Notes under the pieces: model-generated
What the model was told of the DNA's origin: nothing
The model's database searches: none
The model's input: only the letters and a program-made list of their open reading frames with translations
Shown: in pieces, positions 1 through 8,807 of the stretch
Numbering within the stretch: position 1 is the first letter of the stretch
Layout: each line of letters begins with the position of its first letter
Position numbers and translations under genes: made by a program
Source of the DNA: Chlamydiota bacterium
GTDB lineage: Bacteria; Auribacterota; Tritonobacteria; UBA1439
DNA length: 24,357 nt
Direction: 5' to 3'
Assembly: GCA_037133055.1 (NCBI GenBank)
Contig: JBAXOY010000042.1
Span: 1-24,357 of the forward strand

Positions 1-231
1 ACAAGCGAAATCCGCCCAGCAGAAACTGGACAAACAGCAACCCCGGGTCCCCTAAACCAATATGGGCACTTTCCTAATTCTCTCGTATCCAACCTATTAT
101 GCTACCTGCCAATAGGTTGCGGCAATAACTTCGAGTAGCAAATTAGGCACTTTTTGCTGCATATAGGCCATGATCTAGTCACAATTTGGTCACAAGACGC
201 TTACCTGAGTACACGATGGGTGATTCAATTT

Positions 232-257
232 TAGTAGCGGGGGCGGGATTTGTACCC
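232..257 (-). mobile_element. tRNA-fMet 3'-end fragment, probable att site remnant
   Basis: Minus strand reads GGGTACAAATCCCGCCCCCGCTACTA, matching the T-arm/acceptor end of bacterial initiator tRNA (GGTTCAAATCCCGCCCCCGCTACCA type). No D-arm or anticodon arm lies upstream. Confidence 0.65.
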
Positions 258-1064
258 GATTCGGACAAAGTCCCCGTCCTTACGGCGCACTGGCTGTATG
301 CGGGGACTAAACGGGGCGCAAGAGACATGCAGTGGGTGGGATTGGCGCCTGGCCCATGAAAGTGCGAAGAATAGCGTCACAAGCGTTGTTGCGTCACCTA
401 TACCCAACCTGCCCATTAGGCCTGATCACAGAACCCTAAAATCATTACGTGGCGTCGTTCCTCTCTTGATCACCTGACGGGTTTGTCCTGCGGCGCGCCA
501 GCTACGAGAGCATCGATCTGCCCCCGGGATGCTCGAAACGGGATGCTCAAGGGCTGCGCCGGCACGGTGCTGCAGGCTGTGGGAGTAGCGGTCCCGCCGA
601 CGATATGGGAACTATAACGTGCTATCTCAGGGGAAGCAATATGTAGTGCCAAAGACTTTTTGCGTCTCTGTAACTCCTTCGTAATGAACATACTCGTGTT
701 TTGAACTGTAGAAGATGGGCGATGCTAAATCTCTCTTCCTTCAGTTCGCCTGGAGGTACCCAGCCGGGCCTGCCTTTTTTAAAATCAACGACAAAGCGCA
801 CTCGGCGAAGATGTCGTTATTCGACTACGGACTGCGGAGGGATCGTGTCTGATGGTTACTACTTTTGTTCGTGAAAAGTGGTACAATAATCGTTATACAA
901 TTGAATCCTGATAGACACTTTTTGGACACCGTGCCGTTTTTCTTGCCGCACATGGTGAGTTATTGACATAACGCAACTAACTTCTGCGCAGCATAATAGA
1001 TTCAATGCGAAGATCTCTCACCCTCTTTGAGGGTTCGAGATCCGCAATGTGCTGCGCACATTGC

Positions 1065-1154
1065 GGAGGGGTGGCTGAGCGGACGAAAGCGCCGGTCTTG
1101 AAAACCGGTAGGCCCGCAAGGGTCTCGTGGGTTCGAATCCCACCCCCTCCGCCA
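1065..1154 (+). tRNA. tRNA-Ser (anticodon TGA)
   Basis: 90 nt. Acceptor stem GGAGGGG/CCCCTCC, anticodon arm CCGGT-CTTGAAA-ACCGG, long variable arm with GCAA loop, T-loop GGTTCGAATCC, discriminator G and encoded CCA. Confidence 0.98.
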
Positions 1155-1429
1155 AATTTTTTTGTGATCTCGAGCGTATGATAATTAAAAATTATTAAGG
1201 AGGTAGTCGTGGTGTTAGGGAGGAACAAGATGAAGGGCTCGGCGGAAGAGGATATATGTGCGCTGGAAGAGACATACTGCGCGTCCCGGATGGCATCCGA
1301 GTCGGTCACGACTATAGGTATTTCGTTGAGCACGATCGTCGAGGATAACTCATGCGTGGGTAAAAGACAGCAACCGCTGGAAAGTTTTGGGCGGCATGAG
1401 CTACGACCAATAATTAGGGGGAGACGAAC

Positions 1430-3097
1430 ATGGGAAACGTAGCGGAATATATTGTAGACCGTCTGTCCAAATTAGGCATTACAGATTGCTTCGGCGTTCC
1501 GGGTGATTTTGCCTTTCCGCTGAACGACGCCGTCGTCTCGAATCCGAAGATGCGGTGGATCGGATGCTCCAACGAACTTAACGCATCCTATGCCGCGGAC
1601 GGATACGCGAGGGTAAGGGGCGCGTCCCTTCTTTGCACGACCTACGGAGTGGGGGAGCTGAGTGCCCTTAACGGTGTTATGGGGGCCAGGGCCGAGCATG
1701 TCCCCGTCTTCCATCTCGTCGGCATGCCGACGATGCGCCATCAGCTGAATCACAAGATCATTCATCACACGCTGGGAGATGGCGTATTCCAGAATTTTGC
1801 GTCTTTATCCGCTGCCGCTGCATGCATAAGCGCCGTAGTAACGCCGGATAACGTCGTCAATGAAATGGAGCGTGTTATAGCGGCCGTCAAGGCCAAAAGC
1901 CAGCCCGCATATCTGCTTGTGGCCGAGGATATGGCTTTAGCTCCGGTGAGTAAGACGCCTCCACCGGCATACCCTGTCCCGACATCGGATCCGATCGAGC
2001 TGGAAAAGGTGATGGACCGGCTAAAGGCCATATTCAATTCCGGTCAGCGTGTCGTGGTCATGCCTTCATACAAGATCGCCCGTTTTCGTATGGAAAAGGA
2101 GCTGCAGGCTGTTATCGAAAAGTCGGGCCGTCCTTTTGCCACGATGGGCATGGACAAGGCCGTCCTCTCCGAAGATCATCCGCAGTTTGCAGGGATGTAT
2201 TCGGGCAATAACTCCGATCCGGCTGTGCGGGACCTGGTGCAGGGCGCCGACTGGGTAGTGAATCTGGGTGGCTCGTTCTTTAACGATGGCAATACGCTTG
2301 GATACGATTTCACCCTGGACGAGCGAAGGGTCATAATCGCAGATATCGATTTCGTCCGGATAGGAAATGATATATTTAATCCTGTCCAGTTGAAGGATGT
2401 ATTGAGCGGCCTTACCGGGGCCATCAAAACGCCGGCAACGGCCTATCGTCGCTCCGCCCGGGCCGGGATCCCTATAGTGGGCGAGCCACAAGCGCCGATC
2501 AGCGTAGAGAGCCTATATTCACGCTACGCGAGTTTTATCCGCGAAGGCGATATCATTATTGCTGAAACAGGCAGTCAGGGCTCCGTTGCCGCATTGCCTT
2601 TCCCAAAAAATGCCACTTATTACAATCAGGCGCAATGGGGATCGATAGGTTTTGCTACCGGATGCGCGTTTGGAACGTCCATAGCGGCGTCCGGCCGTAG
2701 GACGGTCCTGTTCACGGGCGAAGGATCCCACCAGCTGACGGCAAACGAGCTTGGTAATATGGGGCGCTATGGCGTCAAGCCGGTAATATTCGTGCTGAAT
2801 AATTCAGGATACATGATCGAGCGGGCGCTAGAACTATCGCCGGATCAGAAATATAACGATCTGGCCCCATGGAACTACACGGCTCTGCCGGCAGCTTTCG
2901 GGTGCAAGGATTGGTTTACGGCCAGGGCTGCCACAAATGCCGAACTGGATAAGGCGATGGAGAAGGCCCAAAATCATAAGGGCGCTTGCTACATCGAGAT
3001 CATCGCCGGCCGCACGGACTTCCCGCTCGGATTAAAGGTCATGAATTCCCGCCTTATGCAGATGTACGGTTTTGATGATAAAAGAGAGATGCCGTAA
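1430..3097 (+). CDS. ThDP-dependent alpha-keto acid decarboxylase (pyruvate/indolepyruvate decarboxylase family)
   Basis: 555 aa. Motifs FGVPGDF, SNELNASYAADGYAR, TTYGVGELSA, HHTLG, WGSIG, ThDP/Mg motif GEGS...LNN and GYMIER. GGGAG RBS. Confidence 0.93.
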   Translation: MGNVAEYIVDRLSKLGITDCFGVPGDFAFPLNDAVVSNPKMRWIGCSNELNASYAADGYARVRGASLLCTTYGVGELSALNGVMGARAEHVPVFHLVGMPTMRHQLNHKIIHHTLGDGVFQNFASLSAAAACISAVVTPDNVVNEMERVIAAVKAKSQPAYLLVAEDMALAPVSKTPPPAYPVPTSDPIELEKVMDRLKAIFNSGQRVVVMPSYKIARFRMEKELQAVIEKSGRPFATMGMDKAVLSEDHPQFAGMYSGNNSDPAVRDLVQGADWVVNLGGSFFNDGNTLGYDFTLDERRVIIADIDFVRIGNDIFNPVQLKDVLSGLTGAIKTPATAYRRSARAGIPIVGEPQAPISVESLYSRYASFIREGDIIIAETGSQGSVAALPFPKNATYYNQAQWGSIGFATGCAFGTSIAASGRRTVLFTGEGSHQLTANELGNMGRYGVKPVIFVLNNSGYMIERALELSPDQKYNDLAPWNYTALPAAFGCKDWFTARAATNAELDKAMEKAQNHKGACYIEIIAGRTDFPLGLKVMNSRLMQMYGFDDKREMP

Positions 3098-3252
3098 ATG
3101 GAAAATATGGGATGCGTCATAAAGACGCTTCTCATACTCTTTATAGCGGCAGGCCTTCCTGGCTGTCTCCTGGCTTATTTTTAGGGATCTGCCTATCTCT
3201 TTATAGCTCATTCCTAACATGTGCAGTGGTTTCGCCTTATGGGCGTATATTT

Positions 3253-3452
3253 GTAACTACTCAGGTAGTCAGAAGTCAGGAGCCAGAATCCAGAATGGAT
3301 CGCGAATAAGCTTCCCGCAGCGTGCTGACCTTTTCGAGTACCTGCATTAACTCGGAAACATCGCAGTAGCCCAGGTCCTCAAATGTCGCTGCCGGCGTTC
3401 TCATTCCTACTCCTGGCTCCTGATTCCTGAATTCTGGCTCCTGAGCAGTTAC
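3253..3452. mobile_element. 200-bp non-autonomous MITE-like element
   Basis: TIRs GTAACTACTCAGG (3253-3265) and CCTGAGCAGTTAC (3440-3452), 12/13 match. A perfect 8-bp direct repeat GTATATTT flanks both ends (3245-3252, 3453-3460). Inverted 7-mer arrays inside; no transposase. Confidence 0.9.
3276..3404 (-). pseudogene. Internally deleted four-helix-bundle (23S rRNA IVP/Avd-like) gene
   Basis: 42 aa with AGGAG RBS. MRTPAATFEDL resembles the family N-terminus (F.DL.VW) and is fused directly to GYCDVSELMQVLEKVSTLREAYSRSI, which resembles the family C-terminus (DLGY...L.EVS.LL..Y). Confidence 0.7.
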
Positions 3453-3588
3453 GTATATTTTGTATACTACAGGCTGTTTATTGACGGGAATTACGATATC
3501 GGCGGCGATCTCGGAAAAGGTTCGAATTGGTACGTACCGGGTCCGCCAGTTGGTATGCAGAGATGTTTGATCGAGGGGTCCGTGCGTC

Positions 3589-4133
3589 ATGAGATCGGAA
3601 AAGTCTTCCATGGACAGGGGAATTCTTGGCGCTCCCTTGCGAGTGGTCAACCGGCTTATGCGGGAGGGGCATATCCTGGACTATGCGATCGCCGGCGGCG
3701 TCGCGGCGCTCTACTACACCGAACCGGTATTGACGTATGATTTCGATGTCGTGTGCCGATTCCCGGGGAAGGGGCGACTGATTGATCCCTCTCCTCTCTA
3801 TTCGAGACTCAGAACCATGGGATATACCTTCGGCGCCGAGGACCGGGTGGCGATCGAAGGTGTGCCCGTCCAGTTCATACCCGCTTCACCGGGCTTGATG
3901 GAAGAGGCGTTGAGTCAGGCGAGAGCGGTCACCATCGGTGGCGTGAAGACGAAAATTCTGCGGGTGGAGCACCTCGCCGCCATTAGGTGCTCGATTTGTA
4001 CAGGCCGAAAGATCGTGCTAAACTGGATCTGATCGTCGGCAACGAGGCCCTCACGTTTGACGCGGGATTGTTCACGGGTATTCTCACCCGATATGGACTG
4101 ACGGGGAAATGGCGACGTTTCCATGAAAAGTGA
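3589..4133 (+). pseudogene. Nucleotidyltransferase-fold protein, frameshifted at about 3985
   Basis: NTase signature YAIAGGVAA...TYDFD. After EHLAAI a shift to the GTG at 3987 gives VLDLYRPKDRAKL...ILTRYGLTGKWRRFHEK, stop 4131-4133, which has the expected RPKD motif. Start could be 3610. Confidence 0.75.
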
Positions 4134-4302
4134 CTCGCTCGCGCAGTCCAAGAAGCTCACCCGGCGTGAATCCGCAGGCCTGTCATTCGATGCAAAACTT
4201 GCCATACTGATCCGGCTGCAGGAAACCGCGCGCGAGATGGCCCGCGCCGCGGGGCGCCCGTTCAGGGGGACCGTCTGGAAATGCGGCAGGCGCACGAGCT
4301 GA
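4123..4302 (+). CDS. Small basic helical protein (59 aa), probable partner of the nucleotidyltransferase
   Basis: MKSDSLAQSKKLTRRESAGLSFDAKLAILIRLQETAREMARAAGRPFRGTVWKCGRRTS. Overlaps the corrected NTase stop. Missing from the ORF track, whose shortest entries are 60 aa. Confidence 0.65.
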   Translation: MKSDSLAQSKKLTRRESAGLSFDAKLAILIRLQETAREMARAAGRPFRGTVWKCGRRTS

Positions 4303-4597
4303 CAGCCTCGAGGGATGGCCGTGGCGGCGCGGAAATCCCGGTGATGAATCGTGGAACGCCGGATTACCGTTTCCGTGGAATGAGACCCCCAAGAAAACAC
4401 CCTTCCTCGCGACGTAACCATTACCTGTTGGCACCGCATTGGAATCATGACGTTCCTGCGGGACGCGGGCTGCCCGGCGCATCGGTACGGGGTTTCGACG
4501 AGGCCGGTCTTCCTTTTGAGGTGGGAGATAAAGTGGGTGGATGAATTCATGGAGAAGATGGGGGCGTGAGAACGGTTCAGGGGCGGGGAGGGGGGCG

Positions 4598-5824
4598 ATG
4601 AGCGAACGCCGGATGGCCGGGAAAGCGGAGGCGTACCTGAAGACGCTGTGCGGCGTGAAGCCGAACAGGCGCACCGGGTCGCCCGGGAACCGCGAGGCGG
4701 CGGAGTTCTTCGCCCGCACGATACGGCAATGGGGATACCGGCTTGACACGACGCCGTTTCCCTGCATGGACCACCGGAGCGGGGAGGTGTCGTGCGCGTG
4801 CGGGGGCCGCTCGTTTGAGGTTGAGATCAGCCCGTACTCTCCGGGGTGCGACGTCACGGCCGAACTGGTTGCGGTCTCCACGGTCGAAGAGCTCGAGAAG
4901 TGCGTGTGCAGGGGGAAAATCCTCCTGATGAAGGGCACGCTCTGCGCCGAACAGCTGATGCCCAAGAACTTCGTTTTCTACAACCCCGACCACCACAAGA
5001 GGATCTACGCGCTCCTGGAGAAGAATCGGCCGGGGGCGATCATCGCTGCAACGGGGAAAAACCCCGACCTGGTCGGGGCGCTCGACCCCTACCCGCTCAT
5101 CGAGGACGGCGATTTCGACATTCCGTCGGCGTACTGCAGGGAGGCCGTCGGAGCGAAGATCGCCCGCCTCGCGGGGAAAACTTTCAGACTCACGATCGAC
5201 GCCCGGCGCATCCCGGCGACCGCGTGGAACGTGGTCGCGCGGAAAATGCCGGATGCGAAAGAGAAGATCGTCGTCTGCGCCCACATCGACGCGAAGGAGG
5301 ACACGCCCGGCGCGTCGGACGACGCCGCGGGGACGGTCGTCCTGCTCCTGCTCGCGGAGATGCTCGAGGGGTACGACGGCCCGACGGGGATAGAGATCGT
5401 CGCGCTGAACGGCGAGGACAACTACAGCGCCGGGGGGCAGATGGACTACCTGCGCCGATACGGGAAAGAGATCGACGGGATAGCGGTGGCGATCAACGTG
5501 GACGACGTCGGATACGTGAAGGGGAAAAGCGCCTATTCCCTGTATGAATGTCGGGACTTCATTAAGAGGAAAGCGGACAGGGCGTTCGGCGCCCATAAGG
5601 GGATCATGAAAGGAGAGCAGTGGTACCAGGGGGATCACATGATCTTCGTCCAGAGGGGGAGGCCGGCGATCGCCTTCACCGCAGAAAAGATGCGCGAGCT
5701 GATGGCGAAGATCACGCACACCCCCGCGGACACGCCGGAGATCGTGGATTGCCGGAAACTCGTCGAGGTCGCGGAGGCGATCGCGGATTTCATCGCGGAA
5801 TACGGGAACGGGCGGAAACCATGA
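4598..5824 (+). CDS. M28 family metallo-aminopeptidase with PA-like insert
   Basis: Motifs [34 protein letters not shown] 4598 follows GGAGG. Confidence 0.88.
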   Translation: MSERRMAGKAEAYLKTLCGVKPNRRTGSPGNREAAEFFARTIRQWGYRLDTTPFPCMDHRSGEVSCACGGRSFEVEISPYSPGCDVTAELVAVSTVEELEKCVCRGKILLMKGTLCAEQLMPKNFVFYNPDHHKRIYALLEKNRPGAIIAATGKNPDLVGALDPYPLIEDGDFDIPSAYCREAVGAKIARLAGKTFRLTIDARRIPATAWNVVARKMPDAKEKIVVCAHIDAKEDTPGASDDAAGTVVLLLLAEMLEGYDGPTGIEIVALNGEDNYSAGGQMDYLRRYGKEIDGIAVAINVDDVGYVKGKSAYSLYECRDFIKRKADRAFGAHKGIMKGEQWYQGDHMIFVQRGRPAIAFTAEKMRELMAKITHTPADTPEIVDCRKLVEVAEAIADFIAEYGNGRKP

Positions 5825-8100
5825 CAGCGGAAAACATCATCATCACGAACGCGCGGACGCACAACCTGAAGGGCATTTCGCTGGAGATCCCGCGGAACAG
5901 GATCGTGGTCTTCACGGGAGTCTCCGGATCGGGGAAATCGTCGCTGGTCTTCGACACGATCTACACCGAGGCCCAGCGGCAGCTCATCGAAACGTTTTCC
6001 TCGTTCGCCCGGGCGCGGCTCCCCAAGCTCTCCAAGCCCGACGTGGAGGAGATCCGGAACATCTCGACGGCGATCGTGATCGACCAGAAGAGGATGGGGA
6101 CGACCCTGCGGAGCACGGTGGGGACCGCGACAGAGCTCTACACCTACCTGCGGCTCCTCTTCTCGCGGTGCGGCCGGCCGCTCATCGGCCCGTCGTTCGT
6201 ATTCGGGTTCAACCACCCGGCGGGGATGTGCCCCGGCTGCAAGGGGCTCGGGAAGAGGATCCGGATCGACACAACCCGGCTGATCGACGGGGAGAAGACC
6301 ATCCGGGACGGGGCGATCGTCCATCCCGACTACAAGGTGGGCGCGTGGAACTGGCGGGAGATGGTCGCGATCGGCCTGTTCGATGTGGACAAGAAGCTGA
6401 AGGATTTTTCGGAGAAGGAGCGCGCCGACCTGCTCCACGCGGAGGGAATCCCCGTCGAGAAGCGGCACGGGGCCGGGACCTACACGAAGAACTACGAGGG
6501 GATCGTCAGGAAGCTCGAGCGGCTGCACATCAACAAGGCGAAGGATCAGCTCTCCTCGGAGAGGCGGGACGCGTACGAAAAATATTTCATCTACTCGGAC
6601 TGCGATTCCTGCGGGGGCGCGCGGATCAACGAGAAGGCGCGGGCCGTCACCGTGAACGGCAAAACGATCCCGGAGCTGGTGGAGATGGAGCTCACCGACC
6701 TCCGTGCGTTCCTCGACGCGGTCGAGGGGGAGGTCGCAAGGCCCATGGTCCGGAAGATGCGGCAGATGCTCTCCTCCCTGACGGAGATCGGGGTGGGGTA
6801 CCTGTCGCTCAACCGCGCCGTGGCCACGCTCTCGGGGGGCGAGAGCCAGAGGGTGAAGATGGCGCGGCAGCTCGGGTGCGACCTCGTCGACCTGATGTAC
6901 ATACTGGACGAGCCGTCGATCGGGCTCCACCCGAAGGACATCCACGCGATGATCGGGATGCTGAAGCGGCTTCGGGACAAGGGAAACAGCGTCCTGGTGG
7001 TCGAGCACGACCCGGCCGTGATACGGTGCGCCGACTACGCGGTCGACATCGGGCCGTCCGCCGGGAGCCGCGGGGGGGAGGTGGTGTACGCCGGGACGGT
7101 CGAGGGGCTTCTGCGGTCGGAGGGGATCACCGGGGAATACCTGAACAGGAACACAGCGGGCGGCGGTCCCCGGAAGGGATGGACCCGATCGATCGAGATC
7201 CGGGACGCGGCGCTGCACAACCTGAAAAATGTCACGACGCGGATCCCGAGGGGTGTGCTCACCTGCGTGACCGGCGTGGCGGGGTCCGGGAAGAGCAGCC
7301 TGATCCACGGCGTATTCCTCGAGAAAAACCGGGACGCGATCTGCATCGACCAGTCGCCGGTGGGAAGATCGTCGCGGTCGAACCCCGCGACGTACATCGG
7401 CTTCTTCGGCCTGATCAGGAAGGAGTTCGCGCGCGCCACGGCGGCGGACCCTTCGCTCTTCAGCTTCAACTCGCGGGGGGCGTGCCCCGAGTGCAAGGGG
7501 CTCGGCACGATCAGCGTGGAGATGAGCTTCCTCGACGAGGTCAAGATCACCTGCGACGAGTGCGGCGGGAAGCGATACACGGACGAGGTGCTCGCCCTGC
7601 GGTACAAGGGGAAGAGCATCCATGAAGTCCTGAGCATGACGGTCGCCGAGGCGCAGGGGTTCTTCGACGACCGCGAGATCGGAAGGAGGCTGCGGATCCT
7701 GTGCGACGTGGGGCTGGACTACCTGGAGATCGGACAGCCGCTGAGCACGCTGTCGGGAGGCGAGGCGCAGAGGATCAAGCTGGCGTCGGAGCTGCACAAG
7801 AAGGGGAATGTCTATGTGATGGACGAGCCCACCACGGGCCTCCACATGGCCGACATCGAGAAGCTGATGGAGGTCGTCGGAAGGCTGGTCGAGAATGACA
7901 ACACGGTGATCGTGATCGAGCACAACCTGGATGTCATCCGGCGCGCCGACTGGATCATCGACCTCGGGCCCGAGGGGGGCGCCAGGGGGGGGGAGATCGT
8001 GTGCGAGGGGACGCCGGAGGAGATCATGCGGTGCGCGGCGAGCCATACGGGACGGCATCTGAGGGGAGAGGGGGAGGGTGCCGGGGAGAGACAGTCATGA
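5821..8100 (+). CDS. Class II UvrA homologue (DrrC/UvrA2-like), lacks the UvrB-binding domain
   Basis: 759 aa. ARTHNLK, two Walker A motifs ([18 protein letters not shown]), two LSGGE signatures, [18 protein letters not shown], CxxC pairs. RLLFSR runs almost directly into FGFN, so the UvrB-binding insert is absent. ATGA overlap with the upstream stop. Confidence 0.92.
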   Translation: MTAENIIITNARTHNLKGISLEIPRNRIVVFTGVSGSGKSSLVFDTIYTEAQRQLIETFSSFARARLPKLSKPDVEEIRNISTAIVIDQKRMGTTLRSTVGTATELYTYLRLLFSRCGRPLIGPSFVFGFNHPAGMCPGCKGLGKRIRIDTTRLIDGEKTIRDGAIVHPDYKVGAWNWREMVAIGLFDVDKKLKDFSEKERADLLHAEGIPVEKRHGAGTYTKNYEGIVRKLERLHINKAKDQLSSERRDAYEKYFIYSDCDSCGGARINEKARAVTVNGKTIPELVEMELTDLRAFLDAVEGEVARPMVRKMRQMLSSLTEIGVGYLSLNRAVATLSGGESQRVKMARQLGCDLVDLMYILDEPSIGLHPKDIHAMIGMLKRLRDKGNSVLVVEHDPAVIRCADYAVDIGPSAGSRGGEVVYAGTVEGLLRSEGITGEYLNRNTAGGGPRKGWTRSIEIRDAALHNLKNVTTRIPRGVLTCVTGVAGSGKSSLIHGVFLEKNRDAICIDQSPVGRSSRSNPATYIGFFGLIRKEFARATAADPSLFSFNSRGACPECKGLGTISVEMSFLDEVKITCDECGGKRYTDEVLALRYKGKSIHEVLSMTVAEAQGFFDDREIGRRLRILCDVGLDYLEIGQPLSTLSGGEAQRIKLASELHKKGNVYVMDEPTTGLHMADIEKLMEVVGRLVENDNTVIVIEHNLDVIRRADWIIDLGPEGGARGGEIVCEGTPEEIMRCAASHTGRHLRGEGEGAGERQS

Positions 8101-8293
8101 TGTATCCCTCCCCCGGCACATGGCCGGGGGGGGCAATTCCCCCCCGACACCGTCTGTCGCCGAGGCCCTGCCGCCGCCGTGTTCCCGGCAGCCGCGTGAT
8201 TCGCGTGATTATGGTGTACACCCCCCCGCGGATTTACTATTGTATGCCCCCTCCGGACTGCGCACGAAGAACGCCCAGAAGAGGGAGACGACC

Positions 8294-8653
8294 ATGATCA
8301 GGAAAAAAGAGGGATATCACGCCCCCGGCAGGGACGGCATCAAAAGCGCGGTGGCGAGGCTCTTGCCGTTCGTGCCGCGCGAGACGATCGAGAGCCTTGA
8401 CTTCACGCCGCTCTATTCCATCCATAGCGAGATCGAATGTTACGGCCTCGACCCCGAGGGAGTCGCCGAGGCGAACATCACGGGGTTCCGGGGCAGCCGC
8501 CCGGGCGGGAAGGAAGCGGTCAAGGAGTTCCGGCGCGCCCTGAAGGCGCAGCTCGCCGAGGCGGCGCGGCGCGTACGGGACGAGGCGCGGGCGAAGGAGC
8601 ACGCGGCCCGCGAGCGCGTGCGCGCCGCGAGGATAAAGGCCCGCGCGCGGTAA
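8294..8653 (+). CDS. Hypothetical protein (119 aa) with basic coiled-coil-like C-terminus
   Basis: GAGGGAG RBS before ATG 8294 and host-like GC3-rich codons. No recognised motif. Confidence 0.65.
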   Translation: MIRKKEGYHAPGRDGIKSAVARLLPFVPRETIESLDFTPLYSIHSEIECYGLDPEGVAEANITGFRGSRPGGKEAVKEFRRALKAQLAEAARRVRDEARAKEHAARERVRAARIKARAR

Positions 8654-8807
8654 GAGAGCCCGCATTTCCGGGCACGATACTCTCCGGCCCGCCCCCCCGA
8701 TTCCGCTCCCGCAGGCCGCGAATGCCCGCGGGCGCGGTGTCCTCTTTCCCCGGAAGAAGAGTGGGAGGGGGCCCATGCGGGCCGCGAACGAAGCAGGGAG
8801 AACAGCC

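Larger units (their letters stand above)
3032..3548 (-). pseudogene. HTH-containing ORF disrupted by the 3253-3452 insertion
   Basis: Removing 3253-3452 plus one TSD copy restores one frame: WRTRYVPIRTFSEIAADIVIPVNKQPVVYKIYAHKAKPLHMLGMSYKEIGRSLKISQETARKAC. It has an HTH-like segment (LGMSYKEIGRSLKIS). The true start is uncertain. Confidence 0.6.

Noticed and set aside
470..691. 73-aa minus-strand ORF
   Set aside because: No RBS or recognisable motif; cannot be supported.
963..997. TTGACA...CATAAT as the tRNA promoter
   Set aside because: The spacer is 23 bp, too long for sigma70. The promoter is left unassigned.
977..1333. 118-aa minus-strand ORF containing GGGGGIRTHETL
   Set aside because: This is the antisense translation of tRNA-Ser, with no integrase motifs.
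3265..3445. Short repeats as a CRISPR array or a DGR
   Set aside because: These are 7-mer tandem units without spacers. There are no cas genes, reverse transcriptase or TR/VR pair in the window, despite the Avd-like cargo.
4281..4544. 87-aa ORF between the NTase pair and the peptidase
   Set aside because: Possibly a gene fragment, but no family is recognised and it overlaps its neighbours.
5620..5820. ORF-track upstream starts for UvrA (5620), and likewise CbiO (12158) and the PDGLE gene (16741)
   Set aside because: The extensions overlap upstream genes. Coupled starts at 5821, 12719 and 17422 fit the family N-termini.
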